From the human T2T-CHM13v2.0 reference genome, Homo sapiens: a stretch of DNA of 64,000 nt. Position 1 is the first letter of the stretch. Each line of letters begins with the position of its first letter. This document shows positions 10,801 through 25,300 of this stretch, piece by piece. Position numbers and translations under genes: made by a program. The DNA lies in the NCBI RefSeq assembly GCF_009914755.1, contig NC_060927.1; one strand, 5' to 3'. Under the pieces are notes generated by a model that was not told the DNA's origin, made no database searches, and saw only the letters and a program-made list of their open reading frames with translations.

Positions 10801-13800
10801 TTTATAAATGCACATTTTTATATTGTATATTCAGAAAGACTTTTAGGTTTTAACTGGTTTGATTTAAGAAAGCATGATTTAGGAAATAAGCAAACAACTG
10901 CAATGCAAAAATAAAATTAAAATGCTACATCTCAAAAATGTTAAGCCTAGGTTTTGTTCATATTGTGTTTGTGTCCTAACATTCCTTCTATAAAAGACGA
11001 GTTTAGTTAGTTGGAAAGGATATACCAATAAATAATGCCCTTGCCTTGAAAGAATCATGTGAATCAAAAATAAGTAAGCAACTAAGAAAAAGAAAAATAT
11101 ATCTGTTGAAACATTTCACCTGACTCTGGATAGAGCTAACTTATCTATTTACTTTGCTTTAGGTAGTTATTATGTATACTTAAGAATGGCCCAAATACTA
11201 TAAAGGCAGTGGAGAAGCAGTATAAGTTGTTTGAAGTATATGTCAAATGTGCTTACACGAATTATTATTATGTGATATTACTGGAAATCTGTGATCAAAT
11301 TATGTGAGTGCACTATCTAAAAAGTAGTTAAAGTAAAAACTTATTTTTTAATATGAAAAGTGAGAGAAAGCAAGGGAATATATTTGGTTTGTGACTTCTT
11401 AAATATTGTAGCTCATTTTTGAGTCTCTATAAAAACAATATAAATTTAAACCATGGATTTGCATGTTTAGGAAAATAGAAATGTGAATTCTTTGTTCTGT
11501 ATATACTGCAAATCAGATTATTTTGAACACTCAGACACAATGTAATTGCAAACATGTTTAGGAGAAATATGTCTGTGGTTAAATTTAGGGAGTAGAGCAA
11601 ATTCATATCTAAGCATTTGAATACCTCGTAATGAATAAGTTAAATGATCAGCAATGAACCACTATAACAGGCCTTAAAAATCACAAGAAGTTCCATAAAT
11701 GTTAGTAACATTCTTACGCAGGATTACAATTAAATAAGACTTACAGTGTTTTAGTAAAATATGAACTGTTTTACCTTATTTGGGTTAACTTTAGTAATAT
11801 AATCTCACCAATTCTGTTCAGAGGGAAAAAATCTTAAAACACATTTTCTCTTTAAATAGGCATCTCACTCTACTTAATCCCAACCTAAAAGATGATTTTA
11901 TAGGTCATTATTAAAGTATACTTCTAAAGCTCTAATTTAACTCACAGGCATTCCTTATCAAATGGCTGTGGGGTATCTGCTTTATAGTATCAAGTTCTTT
12001 TCATTAAATTATTATTCTTACACTAAGTTCTTTGGGCTTTTAGATGCTTTGACTGGTCTAGTGTTTCAAATGTGCAAATAGTAATTTAGGTAATATCTAT
12101 ATGCCAAGTGTATAATCTTTGGGAAACATAAATAATGTGTCCATTAAGCAGTTTATTTGTTTGAGAGACTATGGTAATGTATGGGTTAATCTTCCCAGGA
12201 CAGTATTCACTATGAGCATCTGAGTCATCAGAAAATAATTTTGGTTGCAGAAAAAAAGTAGCTCTCATTTTACTTGAAAGGGGTTGTTTCCATCATTTCA
12301 TTTTCAGTTTTCTGTCCAAAGGAAGATAGAACATTGCTTTGTAGACAACTCACTAAATATCTATTAAATGTAAACTTACCTGTAAAGTGATTGAAATTGT
12401 CCAAGAAAAAGACATATCTAAACTTCTTTTTTCTGTGAAGGGTGGGATATTGGTTATTGTGAATATGTAAAAATTATAGTTCTCCTATCATCTTAATGAA
12501 TATTATCTTGTCAGCTAGCTCGTGAATCTGCCATCATAATTTACTGTCAAGGCTGGTTGGACCCTAAAGAAAGTCTTGAAATTCCTTTTCTTTAACTTAA
12601 GGTGTTTTATATGGATGACCTTCCTTAGCTCTGATTTGCTGCGTGCCACTTTGTTAAACAACTTCTGTTAAAGCATACATGTTATATAATTTATGGCTTT
12701 TGTAAAGAACATTCATCTTCACTTCAAACTTATCCTTTTTACTCTAACTATTCAGATACTATAAAAGCTTCTGTGTTTTCAACTTTCAAGATGCAATGTA
12801 ACCATGTTTTTCAGAATACATGTAATGATTCCAGAGAATGATTATCGATATTTCATTAACTTTTCCAGCTAATGTTTCATTTTCTTTAGTCAACTTCTTC
12901 CAGCGTAAGGAGAATAAAACCCTATGCAAAATAAACTGAGAACTAGATCTTTTTTTCCCTCCTGATGGACTTAGATTCTGTGAAATATACTGGTAATAGT
13001 TTCACAAAGATTGCTTTGTCAATGCAGATTCATTGAACACTTTCCACCTTTTTTTCCTGTGATTTCTCCACCCCTTTCACTTCTGTCTGTGTTTAGAGTT
13101 TTGACAATCCCTTATTAGTTCCAGAGTAGAACTTATGAGAGCTAATAAGGGTTTACATTACAGCTCTGACAGCTGGCACTAAAGTTTAATAGAGAGCAAT
13201 TGTAAAGAAGTATAAGTGTTGATAATATTTGATGAAAGTGCTCTTAAAGAAAGAGCCTTTTGGAAATAATCACATAACTAGAAAAGCTGCATATATGCTC
13301 TTTTTTTGTAGCTTCTCATCTTCCAGTATGCGGACAAAACATCCTGTTGGCAGATGACTCTGTAATTGCTTATGGATGCCTTTTCTAGGAACAGAATCCA
13401 GGGTCGTTAAAAAAACAAAAACAAAAACAAAAAAAAACTCTAAACTTTGGTCATATTCTTACCGCTATTTCTATAAATCTCTGAAATTCATGTTAACTGT
13501 CCTTTAGAAACACAATCATAACGTGGACATCTAATCGCAGATTCATTCTGTGAGAAGAGACCCCAGGGATTCCAAAGGCGAGTCATTGAGATCATGAAAC
13601 CCATAAACCCCACATAATCCACCACAGACTTTTTGTATTATTAAAAATAAACAAATAAAAAGCAAGAATGGCTTCAAATATAGAAAGACCCTGAGTGTAA
13701 AATATTTCTGAATTCTCTATTCAATGGTCAGTTGCAATGCCACAAAAGGTTAAAAGAAAATGCTGCAATTGAAAACAGCTGTGGCTTTTTTAACATGAAG

Positions 13801-14141
13801 ACTAACTTTCAACAAAGAGAAAGTATATGCTATGAGATGAAGGAATACCTGAATTTATTGTGCACCAGGAACATGTAAAGTTTTATGAAACTGAGAAGTG
13901 AATCTGAATATATAAATAATTGGTAAGGAACATTTTTGCTTCTCTGATAGTTACTGGAGAGGAAAATTTGTATTTCAGAGATTTAGATTCATTTACTGTT
14001 TATCTCATGCTTCTACATTGAATATAAAATATTTCAATCTATCTATCATCATGCATAAATGTTTTATGGCATACAGAATTGATTCATGTATTGAATTGGG
14101 GGGAAGGAGGATATAGTTCTGGCTGTAAAGCATCTTGGATT

Positions 14142-14955
14142 TTATTATTATTATTATTATTATTATGCTTTAAGTTTTAGGGTACATGTGCACAACGTGC
14201 AGGTTTGTTACGTATGTACACATGTGCCATGTTGGTGTGCTGCACCCATTATCTCCTCATTTGGCATTAGGTATATCTCCTAATGCTATCCCTCCCCCCT
14301 CCCCCCACCCCACAACAGTCCCTGGTGTGTGATGTTCCCCTTCCTGTGTCCATGTGTTCTCGTTGTTCAATTCCCACCTATGAGTGAGAACATGTTTGGT
14401 TTTCTTGTCCTTGCGATAGTTTGCTGAGAATGATGGTTTCCAGCTTCATCCATGTCCTTACAAAGGACCTGAACTCACCATTTTTTATGGCTGCATATTA
14501 TTCCATGGTGTATATGTGCCACATTTTCTTAATCCAGTCTATCATTGTTGGACATTTGGGTTGGTTCCAAGTCTTTGCTATTGTGAATAGTGCCACAATA
14601 AACATACGTTTGCATGTGTCTTTATAGCAGCATGATTTATAATCCTTTGGGTATATAACCAGTAACGGGATTGCTGGGTCAAATGGTATTTCTAGTTCTA
14701 GAAGAAGACATTTATGCAGCCAAAAAAATATGAAAAAATGCTCATCATCATTGGCCATCAGAGAAATGCAAATCAAAACTGCAATGAGATACCATCTCTC
14801 ACCAGTTAGAATAGCAATCATTAAAAAGTCAGGAAACAACAGGTGCTGGAGAGGATGTGGAGAAATAGGAACACTTTTACACTGTTGGTGGGACTGTAAA
14901 CTAGTTCAACCATTGTGGAAGTCGGTGTGGCGATTCCTCAGGGATCTAGAACTAG
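14142..14955 (-). mobile_element. 5'-truncated, 5'-inverted L1PA (about PA4-5): minus-strand 3' part 14142-~14701, inverted part ~14702-14955
   Basis: It has an (ATT)n tail, antisense L1 3'UTR/ORF2 end, then sense ORF2 ([16 protein letters not shown]...CWRGCGE). TSD aagcatcttggatt at 14128-14141 and 14956-14969. Confidence 0.95.
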
Positions 14956-15175
14956 AAGCATCTTGGATTCTAAAGGAGATATGAACTGAATCTATCTTAA
15001 AAGGAGGCAAGTATCCTATTCATAAGGAAAAACATGGTCTGGTAAGCATGAAAGACAAATGTTGTTTAGAGACTCATAATCTGCTTCTAAAGTGTCATCA
15101 AAGAGTTAAAGAGTTAAGGTTTCAATCTCCATGGAGTTTAATATTTCATCATTTACCCATTTTTTCACAACAACA

Positions 15176-15472
15176 TTTTTTTTTTTTTCGAGATGGAGTT
15201 TTGCTCTTGTTGCCCAGGCTAAAGTGCAGTGGCAGGATCTCGGCTCACCGCAACCTCCACCTCCCAGGTTCAAGTGATTCTCCTACCTCAGCCTCCTGAG
15301 TAGCTGGGATTACAGGCATGTGCCACCCTGCTCAGATAATTTTGTGTTTTTAGTAGAGATGGGGTTTCTCCATGTTGGTCAGGCTGGTCTCAAACTCTCC
15401 ACCTCAGGTGATCTGCCTGCCTTGGCCTCCCAAAGTGCTGGGATTACAGGCATGAGCCTCCGTGCCCTGCCC
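15176..15472 (-). mobile_element. Alu (AluSq/Sp-like)
   Basis: Poly-T followed by gagatggagttttgctcttgttgcccagg; approximate TSD cacaacaa. Confidence 0.93.
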
Positions 15473-15602
15473 CCCACAACAATTTATGAGTGTCTGCTAT
15501 ACCAAATGTCAACTGGAAATGTGGCACTAAACAAAACAGAAAAATGTTCCTGCCCTCAAGGAACTTAGATTTTAGTGGAAATATTAAGAAACCACATGTT
15601 AA

Positions 15603-16190
<588 letters not shown>

Positions 16191-16929
16191 GTCTAGTTTA
16201 ATCATTGTCCTTTACAGATATGTCTATTAAGGCTAAAGGTTCGAATTATACATTAGCAGAGCTCGAATTGGTACTTGACATCTTGTGATTGTGCTTCAGG
16301 ACACATTCGTTCAGGAATTTTCTTTAAAATTAGTGAATTTTTGAAGGCATATAAAGTCTTACTAACTACTTAGATTATTGGAAAGTGACACCTCTGCAAG
16401 AAAAACAAAACTAAGATGGATTTTTTTCTGGGAGAAAGAAGAAAGATTTCAGGAATAGTGACATGAAGATGGATATTTTAAAACTGAAAAACAAAAAGTT
16501 ACCTGCAAAGAGCTGGTTAAGGTGACTGACGTTCAGCGGGTAGAGTTTCGTAGTCTAAGAACTCAGAATGCGAATGGAGTAATAAAAGAGATATCAAATA
16601 TAAAGCATTTGGAGGTTGAGGGTGTTTCCGTATGGAAACAGTTCAGACAGCTGTTACAGAGTTAGTTTCCTTTGAGGATATTCTGACGTGCTGACATGAA
16701 ATCAAATCTAACATTTGACTCCCTTTTTTCTGTAATGTGATACTAATACAAAAAATGACAGGTAGATGTGGTTCTATTCCAGGACATATTGTGTTAATAG
16801 TCTTTGTATAAAAAGTTTCTATGCTTTAGTTTTAGTACTGGTCCTTTGACAATTAGAGTGGCTCTTCGATATCAGCTGTTTCTTTTAAAAATAGCCATTT
16901 CTTTCCTTTAGCATGTGACTGAGCTTGGC

Positions 16930-17070
16930 ACTTCATTTAATCCTCTCAACAACATATGAGCTTGGTGGAATCATGTCTCCATTTTGCGTGATAGAAAACT
17001 GGAGGCTTAGAAAAATCAGGCAATTGTCCAAGGTCACAATTAGTAAGTGGTTCAACTGGAATTTGAATGG
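16930..17070 (-). mobile_element. MIR
   Basis: catttaatcctctcaacaac...gtccaaggtcacaattagtaagtgg matches the antisense MIR core. Confidence 0.75.
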
Positions 17071-17621
17071 TAAAACTGGAATTTGAAAGTGGAACAGATC
17101 GCTTGTGTGGGACCACTGTTTCCTATGCTTCCTGGCAGAGAGAGGCTGAGGTACCTGAAGCTCATCAGCCTGCTTTACCAGAAATAGTCCCTGAAGCGCA
17201 GAGTATGTTTACTGTAAGGATGCTTCTCAGGATGTTATTCAATACTTTTCATTGTGTCCTCTCTCTGGGACCAATCACGGACATTTACTTCTGACTCCAA
17301 GGGTGGGAGTGATTGTGTTCCTTAAGCTATTCACTTGTTTTTGCTTTTTGGATATTGATTCACGTAATGGTCATCGTATCTTGTTTGCATTCCCTATAGA
17401 AGAGCAGAAAATTACGTGTCTTCCTGTATCTGAAAAACATACATAGATACGCTCTCTTAACATGCCTTTTAAATAGTAAACTCACTGTTTTATTTATTCT
17501 CTTTATGTACCCTTTTTGGTCTACTCTTCACCTTCTAAAATGTATTTTATTGTAATCTATTCCATCTTGAATTGTGGGAATGCTTTCTCAAATACGAAAA
17601 GTCATACATACATTTAAATTA

Positions 17622-17810
17622 CTATTTATTGATTGCCTACTATGTACCCAGTGAGGAATATACCATTTGATCCTCACCAAAGCCTTACGAGGTAAATCTT
17701 ATTATCGTTATTTTATCAGAACAGGTCTAAGAAAATTTACTAATTTTACCAGTGTCACAATGCCAGAATGTAAATTCAGGTCTGGCTGACTCTGAAACCT
17801 GATGCTTTTC
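17622..17810 (-). mobile_element. MIR
   Basis: tatttattgattgcctactatgta...catttgatcctcac...aggtctggctgactctgaaacc. Confidence 0.65.
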
Positions 17811-18329
17811 ATAATATAATATGTCAATAATTTTCATCTGAAATGCTTCTGCAAGTCACCATAATGAGAAAATTTGCAAGTTCCTGCTGCCAAGGGGATG
17901 GTTGGAGAAATTGGTTATAAGAGTTGAGAAAAAAAAGATTGGCAATGGTGATATAAAAAGGCAAAAACCTCATATTAATTAGCATAACATCTCTTTCTTT
18001 AACATAGGATTAGGTAAGCCTCTAACACGCAAATCTTTTCACAGGGCATCTCTGGCCTTTATTTTCTAGGCATGTGGAACTGAGCCACACCTCTAATTGC
18101 TTCTGCTTCTGTTTCCATTGCTCCTGCTGTTGCTGAGGACATGATTGATAGGAGATGATGGCTAGTGGAGAACCAGGGCTCAGAAAGACACTTGCTATGT
18201 GCCCAATGTGTATGCTTGCACAATATGCTTCATTATTAGCTTGACAGATCTCCAAGTGGCAGATTGGGAATGAATTTTGGACCTGGCTAGCATTTCTGTT
18301 ACAGACATTGGGTTTTTAAAAAGCTCATA

Positions 18330-18650
18330 AATACATATACATATATATATATATATATATATATGTATATGTATATGTATATACCTATGTATACACACAC
18401 ATATATACATATATGTACACACACATGCATGTAAATATATATAGATGTACATGCATACTTGTGTGTGTATATGTATATAGACATAAAATGCAAAATAATA
18501 TATGTATTATATAAATATATATAAATATATGTATGTATAGATGTATAGATATGTGCATGTCTATACATGTCCATACACATATATGCACTTAGCACTATAT
18601 ACTTAGTACATATACATTTTTAGTAAATGTGTACTTATAAGTGTACTTTA
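18330..18650. repeat. (TA)n/(TATG)n/(CATA)n degenerate alternating purine-pyrimidine repeat
   Basis: Directly visible; it is the source of the Tyr/Ile-rich ORFs. Confidence 0.92.
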
Positions 18651-20576
18651 AATTCTTTGTTTCTAAAAAATTGAGAAGGGTGAAGGCTGTAATAAAATAT
18701 CACATCAATTTCTGGTGGTATTGGACTGCTGCACACATTCCTACATTTCTTTTACTGCTTTTAGAATGAGGCAGCAAACAAAATACGTTAATAAATATAA
18801 TATGTATAACTTCCAAAACTTGAAGTGGTAACACATACTGATGAAGCTTTACACTTCATTAAGTAAATGAATGTGACTTAAAGTTGCAGACTTCTTAAGT
18901 ATCTGACCTGGTTGTTCTATACAAGGATCATGTGTGGAACTAATTTTCTTTGAAAATGTTATTGGTGTTATAGATTACAAACTTTTGTGTTGCTGTTAAA
19001 TATTTCTTAGTCTTTTAACCTTTACAAAATCTAAAAGCTTATTTAAAGCAACCCTTTCATTAACATAATACAACTCTTTAAAAACACTGATAGTCAAGAA
19101 CAGAAGTAATTACCAGGGGCTTTCATTGTTTATACTTGTTATACTTTCATGACAACATGTATGCTGCTTTAAAATCTATTTTTTCTCCTTTTTAAAAAAC
19201 TCCTCTTACGATCATTCCCAGTAAATCAAAATCTCTGCAAGATGATGGGTGGCATCATGGTGTTCTATGAGTGCTTCAGTGCGGAACTATTAGGAAAGGG
19301 AGGCTGAAAGGAAATGCTGACTCCATCCTTCATACGGTTGATGGTTGCTCTTATTAGTGATGAAAAGAAAATGAGAAAATGCATTGGCTTGCTTTTTATT
19401 AAGCACAGTAGGTAAAACAGATGAATGCTTGAAGGCTCATTGAGCTGCCATAAAGAAATTTAAACATTGTTCATATTGGCTAGTCGCCAGGCTCATGCTG
19501 TAAACTCCAGATGAGGGTCATGATTGCAGAGGAATCGTCAGCTCTATTGGTAGACAGTTTCTGTACGTTCCTAGACTAGTAATAAACCTGAGATTTACCC
19601 AGCAGGGTTGGTGGGATTATGTTTGTTGTACATGACTTGGTATCCATCTTAATTCCTACAAAATAATTAAGATTTCTTAGCATAAAATGATGGCGTGACT
19701 TGACTTTATACATTTGGATTTTGTTTGTATCATTGTATTATAATACCTTATATGTGTGAATAAATTTAGCTTCCTCATATGTAGATCTAGAATAATATCT
19801 AAGAGTAAGAGTGGAGAGAAAATCGTATAATAAAGTACTAAAATATGGTTAGTAAATATGGTTCTAAAATATAGTAACGAATTTTTTAAGTTAAAAAATA
19901 AAGCTTTGTTATCATTATAATTTGTAATCTTTCTAAGATTAACAGTGTGCTTTCCACTTCTTTTTAAATTCTTTCAATGCCTGGTTCAAAATCTGAACAC
20001 AGCTTTTGTGTGAATAATGATGATTATTTTATCGATCAATATTTTTGCTTCTTTATTAATAAATGTACTATAACAATATCTAACAAAAAATGTGAAGCAA
20101 TAAGAAAAGGTGGATAACTTTCTTGAACATAGGCACACATGGGAGATGTAAACCTGGACATTTGTTACACTCTCATTTGTAGTTTATTTCAGAGATTTAT
20201 AGCATCTCTCCTATCTACACAAATAATTTACCATGAAATTTATTCAAAATTAAGCTTCATAAAATAGAGACATAATCCAAATATTTGGCTGAGTGATCAT
20301 GCGGTTGACTAAATCTTTAAATATTGAGGTTGCCAGGGCAAATGAGTTGGGATAGTTAATTTACAATAAAATGATAAAAGAAATTCTGCTGTATTAGGTA
20401 ACACCAAATTTGCCTTGTATCAGTTTACCTTTTTTCACCTTCATTTTATTTTTAGAAAGTTACAAAAGAAAGTAATAAGAAGGTAACTGTTTTTATTTCT
20501 GAAGAAGGAAGATGGTTAGAAACAGCCATTAATTTCTATTAAAGGTAGAGATACTCTTATAAAGCATACACTTTTT

Positions 20577-21016
<440 letters not shown>

Positions 21017-22149
21017 TCAAATTCAGTTAAAAAGAAATGGATTACTTTAAGGATGTAAAAATGTGAAAGTTATTTGGAAATTATCAAGTTATTTACAAGT
21101 GAAATTATCCATCTTGGAATAGCTATGTTAAGATCTAAAGACGTGAAGGTAGTAATTTGTAATCACATTTTATTTGCTATTATTTATTCACTGGTCAGTC
21201 ATGGCTATGATTATGTGCTACTGCTTCGATGCCTGTAATGATCAGAAAAAAAATGCCTTTATAATCCAGTGGATTCTATGACTGGAAAAGTCAGTGAAAA
21301 TATTCTATGAATCCTCGGAAAATACTCTTTACTTACTCCAAAAGATTTTGGTGTGTTCGAAACAATTTTCTAAAATTACACTAGATACGAAAGTAAACCT
21401 TGTGGAACCTTTACATTTTCAACCAACTGTACCATGTTATACATCTCAGCCTGTTGCATATTGCTACATTTCTCTTAGCTTAATAGCTATTGTGTTCTCT
21501 AAGATGGTGCCAGTTTATAAAGTTTGGTCATAGTAGCCTAATGTATTTTCAAAGAAAGTTGCATTTTTTCCCCAAATAATTTTACAGAAAACGTCTTTGG
21601 TAAAATTGCTAAGTGAGGAACACAGGCTTACAAATACATCCCCTAGGTATGCCATAAGTTCATAGTGAAGTTCTTTACACTTTCAGGAACACTGAGGCTG
21701 CAGTCAGAGCCTACCCTATTTTAGGTACATAGTTTTAATATGCTGAGTAATTTGGTTTCAAAGCTCATAGGAGATGAAAATCTGAAAGTTGAAAGGGGTA
21801 AAGAAGTACATAGAATGAGTATAGTAAACATCACAATTGGCAGCCTGAGAATAGGAAAAGAACCCAAGGGGCTATGATAACATACACACGTGTTCAAGTT
21901 ACATTTGCCTGGGGCCACTGTGGGACCACAGTCTTCTATGCCTCAGTAAACTCTGAGTGTTCACAGGACTGCAAAGTACATAAAGCAAATAAAAATATTC
22001 GTAGTTGTGGCCTTGAGACATCAATAAATGTTTAAATTATATTCACTCCACTCTGGTAAAGAATCAAATTGTTATATAATATATTTTATATTTCCTCCAT
22101 GGAAAACAAAGATTAGAAACATCATTGCTTTAATCAGTATAAATGGTAT

Positions 22150-22385
22150 ATAAATCAGAGGTCCTCAGGGTTTAGCTTGGCTCTATCCCTTATTTGCTAT
22201 GGGACTGTGGACAAACTATGTAACCATTCTGGGTCCCAGTTTCCTCACATATAAATTGGAGCTAACAAGAGATAACAATAGCATCTCCTTAGTAGTGTCA
22301 TTGAGAGGATAAAGTGACATCATGTTTTTAAAATGTTCAACACAGGTCCTGGCACCTAACAAGTACTTTATAAGTGTTAGGTTTA
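22150..22385 (+). mobile_element. MIR
   Basis: cccagtttcctcacatataaattgg...gaggataaagtga...cctggcacctaacaagtact. Confidence 0.75.
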
Positions 22386-25300
22386 TCATAAGAGGGATAA
22401 ATCCTTACTATGGGGAAACGTTAGCTATCTAGAAAGTCTTTTTCCTAAACGTTCCAGGAATCCAGACAACTGAAGGTTTATTATACATCAAGTAAAATAC
22501 CAAAATAAACAAAATAAAATTTCACTAAACAGTGTACAATTTGTCATAACATACAGTATTTCTGCACTCTAATTTAAGAGCTCTTCAATTTTTAATTATA
22601 TTTAGAACTTCAACTGATCCATGATTGGATAGGTTTTCAGAATTAAATAACTTTACTTGGTTCAGTAATTGGTTCTGATGGTCTGTCTAACATGGTTCAG
22701 GATTGTTTCTTTTAAAACAAGGCATGTCATACCATTCTGAATTCCTTATAAATTCTGAATTACCTTGCTGTGACAGTATTTTTTTTATCATGTAGAAAAC
22801 CAGTCCTTATTCAGCACCAGATAATTAGCTACTTTGCAAATGTCATGACGTTTGAAGCTTAGGCATGATTACTGAGACTTAATCACACTAAAATCCTTCA
22901 TATACATTCCATTGCATAAGATTGTTGAGTATAAAGTGGAGGTGCAGGGATATAGATGGTGATGTGTCTATGAATAGGTAGGAAATCAGAAGACATTTTG
23001 AGGCAGACAGAGAGCACATACACCTTACACAATAAATTTGGTTAAACATAGTCAAAAGAGAAAAACCAGTGAAGACTTGTTACTCAGGTGTCCATCAATA
23101 TTATATGCAAACGTTCAGTCAGGTATATAATCAGTAACTGTCCTGAATGGCATGTGTATTCATATTTTTATATGTTAAACATATCATTTCTACATTTACT
23201 TTTTATTTTTTCCTCTTTTTCTGCAAATAGACCAAAGTTCTCACATTGGGAAACATATTATGGCTACAAAATGTTTAATCATTTTTAAGTGAATTATTTC
23301 AAAATTTCTTTGAGAAACAAATAACAGCTACTCTCTTGGAGGTTCTGAAAATTGACTTCAGACGTGGGATGTAGTCCTGTTTAGATATTGAGGATCTAAG
23401 CCCAAGGGATCACTTGCAGGTCTCTAATCCCTCATGGATGAATCATGCATTTCCTGTGTATTTCTTGAGTAAATATTAAATCGAAGTAAAGAACTTGTAC
23501 GTTACGAGAGACTGAATATTTAAGTCGGTGTTTAACACATTATGGAAAACATGTATAAGTCATGGTATAAATGTAAATCCTGGAATGTGGGGCAAAATTT
23601 CTCAATTACCTTGTACATATCCAGGAACAACTAGTGAGTCTTCTATTTGTGCATAGTTAGGTACTGGAGGGTGATTGATTCATAGCTTCACCTGTGATTT
23701 CAGAAGGCTGAGTATTATTATTTTTATTAATTTAAATACTTCAGGTAAATTCACTATAATAATTCAGAGTAAGGATATCCTAGAACATGATGGCTGTTAT
23801 TTTGGGCAGTTTATTTGTAACGTTCCATGTCCAAGAATGACTCACTCTTATATTAGGTTGTTTAAATTGGAAAGGTCAAATGACTTAAGCTTCCAAAAAT
23901 TGGTTTGGCAAATTTCACACTTACTTTCAGCATTGTAGTTCCTTTCACCAAGGTACATGCATGTTAGGGCTCTATGTACAGAGAATTTACAAGGTTAATT
24001 AAAGTGTATTGTGCATAACACAGTCGTTTAGTTGGTAGTTCAATATTATGTTTGGCATGTGTGATAACATTGCAGAGTAGATCTGCTGTAACTTTGACTT
24101 TGGTATCCTTAGTTAGAAACGACTACTCTGGTAGACACATGCTCCCCAGATAAAATGCCTACTCAGATTCACTGTTAAACAATAAGAAAAATAGTTTCTG
24201 CTGAAAACTGTTTCATCCATGGGTTGATAGTCACGGACAGAGTGTGTATAATTGGCAATGTGTATTTAAGTGTTCTACAAAAGCAGAAAAGAAAACTGAA
24301 TATTGAAGATGATATAGTGTTCCTTTGAAAAAATTGGACAAAATAACAATGAGAAAGCCTGCCAGCACAGTTATAAAGGATTAATTTCCTGGTATTCACA
24401 TACAGGGCTGATAAATATAGTCTATCTACAACTTCATTATGCATAGTGCTCTTGTCATTCAACGTGTTAGGGAATGAATATGGAGAAGCATAATGACAAT
24501 GTCATATTGATTTACATAAAAATTTTGTGTGTAGAATAATTATATACACTATCATATGGTATAAATTTGGAAAGATAAATGCTATATGCAGTCACGATTT
24601 TAGGAATTATTAATTTTATATATACATACTGATTAACCATTAAGGCATTATACAAAATACTGTGTAAGATGTAACACCTATGAAAAATGTGCCGTGTTCT
24701 CTAGATATGTTAAATCTAGTGGATGAGTAACCCATAAACATACCAGAGAAGTATGTAAGGACGTATGAATGGAAACATACACTTGATATTGATAACCAGG
24801 AACGTAAACATTTTTTTAAAAGTTTTCTGAAGCCCAGAGAGCAGCAGTTTTCAGGCTGAAGTACATATAAACTAAAGATTCACAGAGACTTCCCAAGGCA
24901 GTACATGAGCTTTTGTGGTTTAATGGAAATTAATGTTTATATCCTCAACTTTCATATGTAGTGAAGTTAACATGTGTGAGAATTTGACTATGTTTAAGCC
25001 GAAGCTCTTAAGCTAGTTCTCCTTCCTCACTTCCCTTTTCACTATTTCTCTTTCCCTATTTTCTACAGAAAAGCATTCTTCTCATTTTTCTGAAATCTTG
25101 CTAAGATGCTTTGTTCGTAGGATGTAAGTGCTAAACAAAAGGAAATTTTAAAATGTGTTAAGAGTGTGAATGAATGTGAATCAAATTACATTTCAGGTCA
25201 AGTGGTATCAGTTCTTGGCTCTGATTCAAATTGAAGAAAGACTTACTAAAATTGTCAGTGAATAAAGAAGTAAAAATCACTTTAGTGATAAATTACTCTG

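Noticed and set aside
14421-14984. ORFs with reverse-transcriptase C-terminal-like sequence (also 38982-39353)
   Set aside because: They are truncated L1 ORF2 ends in dead elements, not independent genes.
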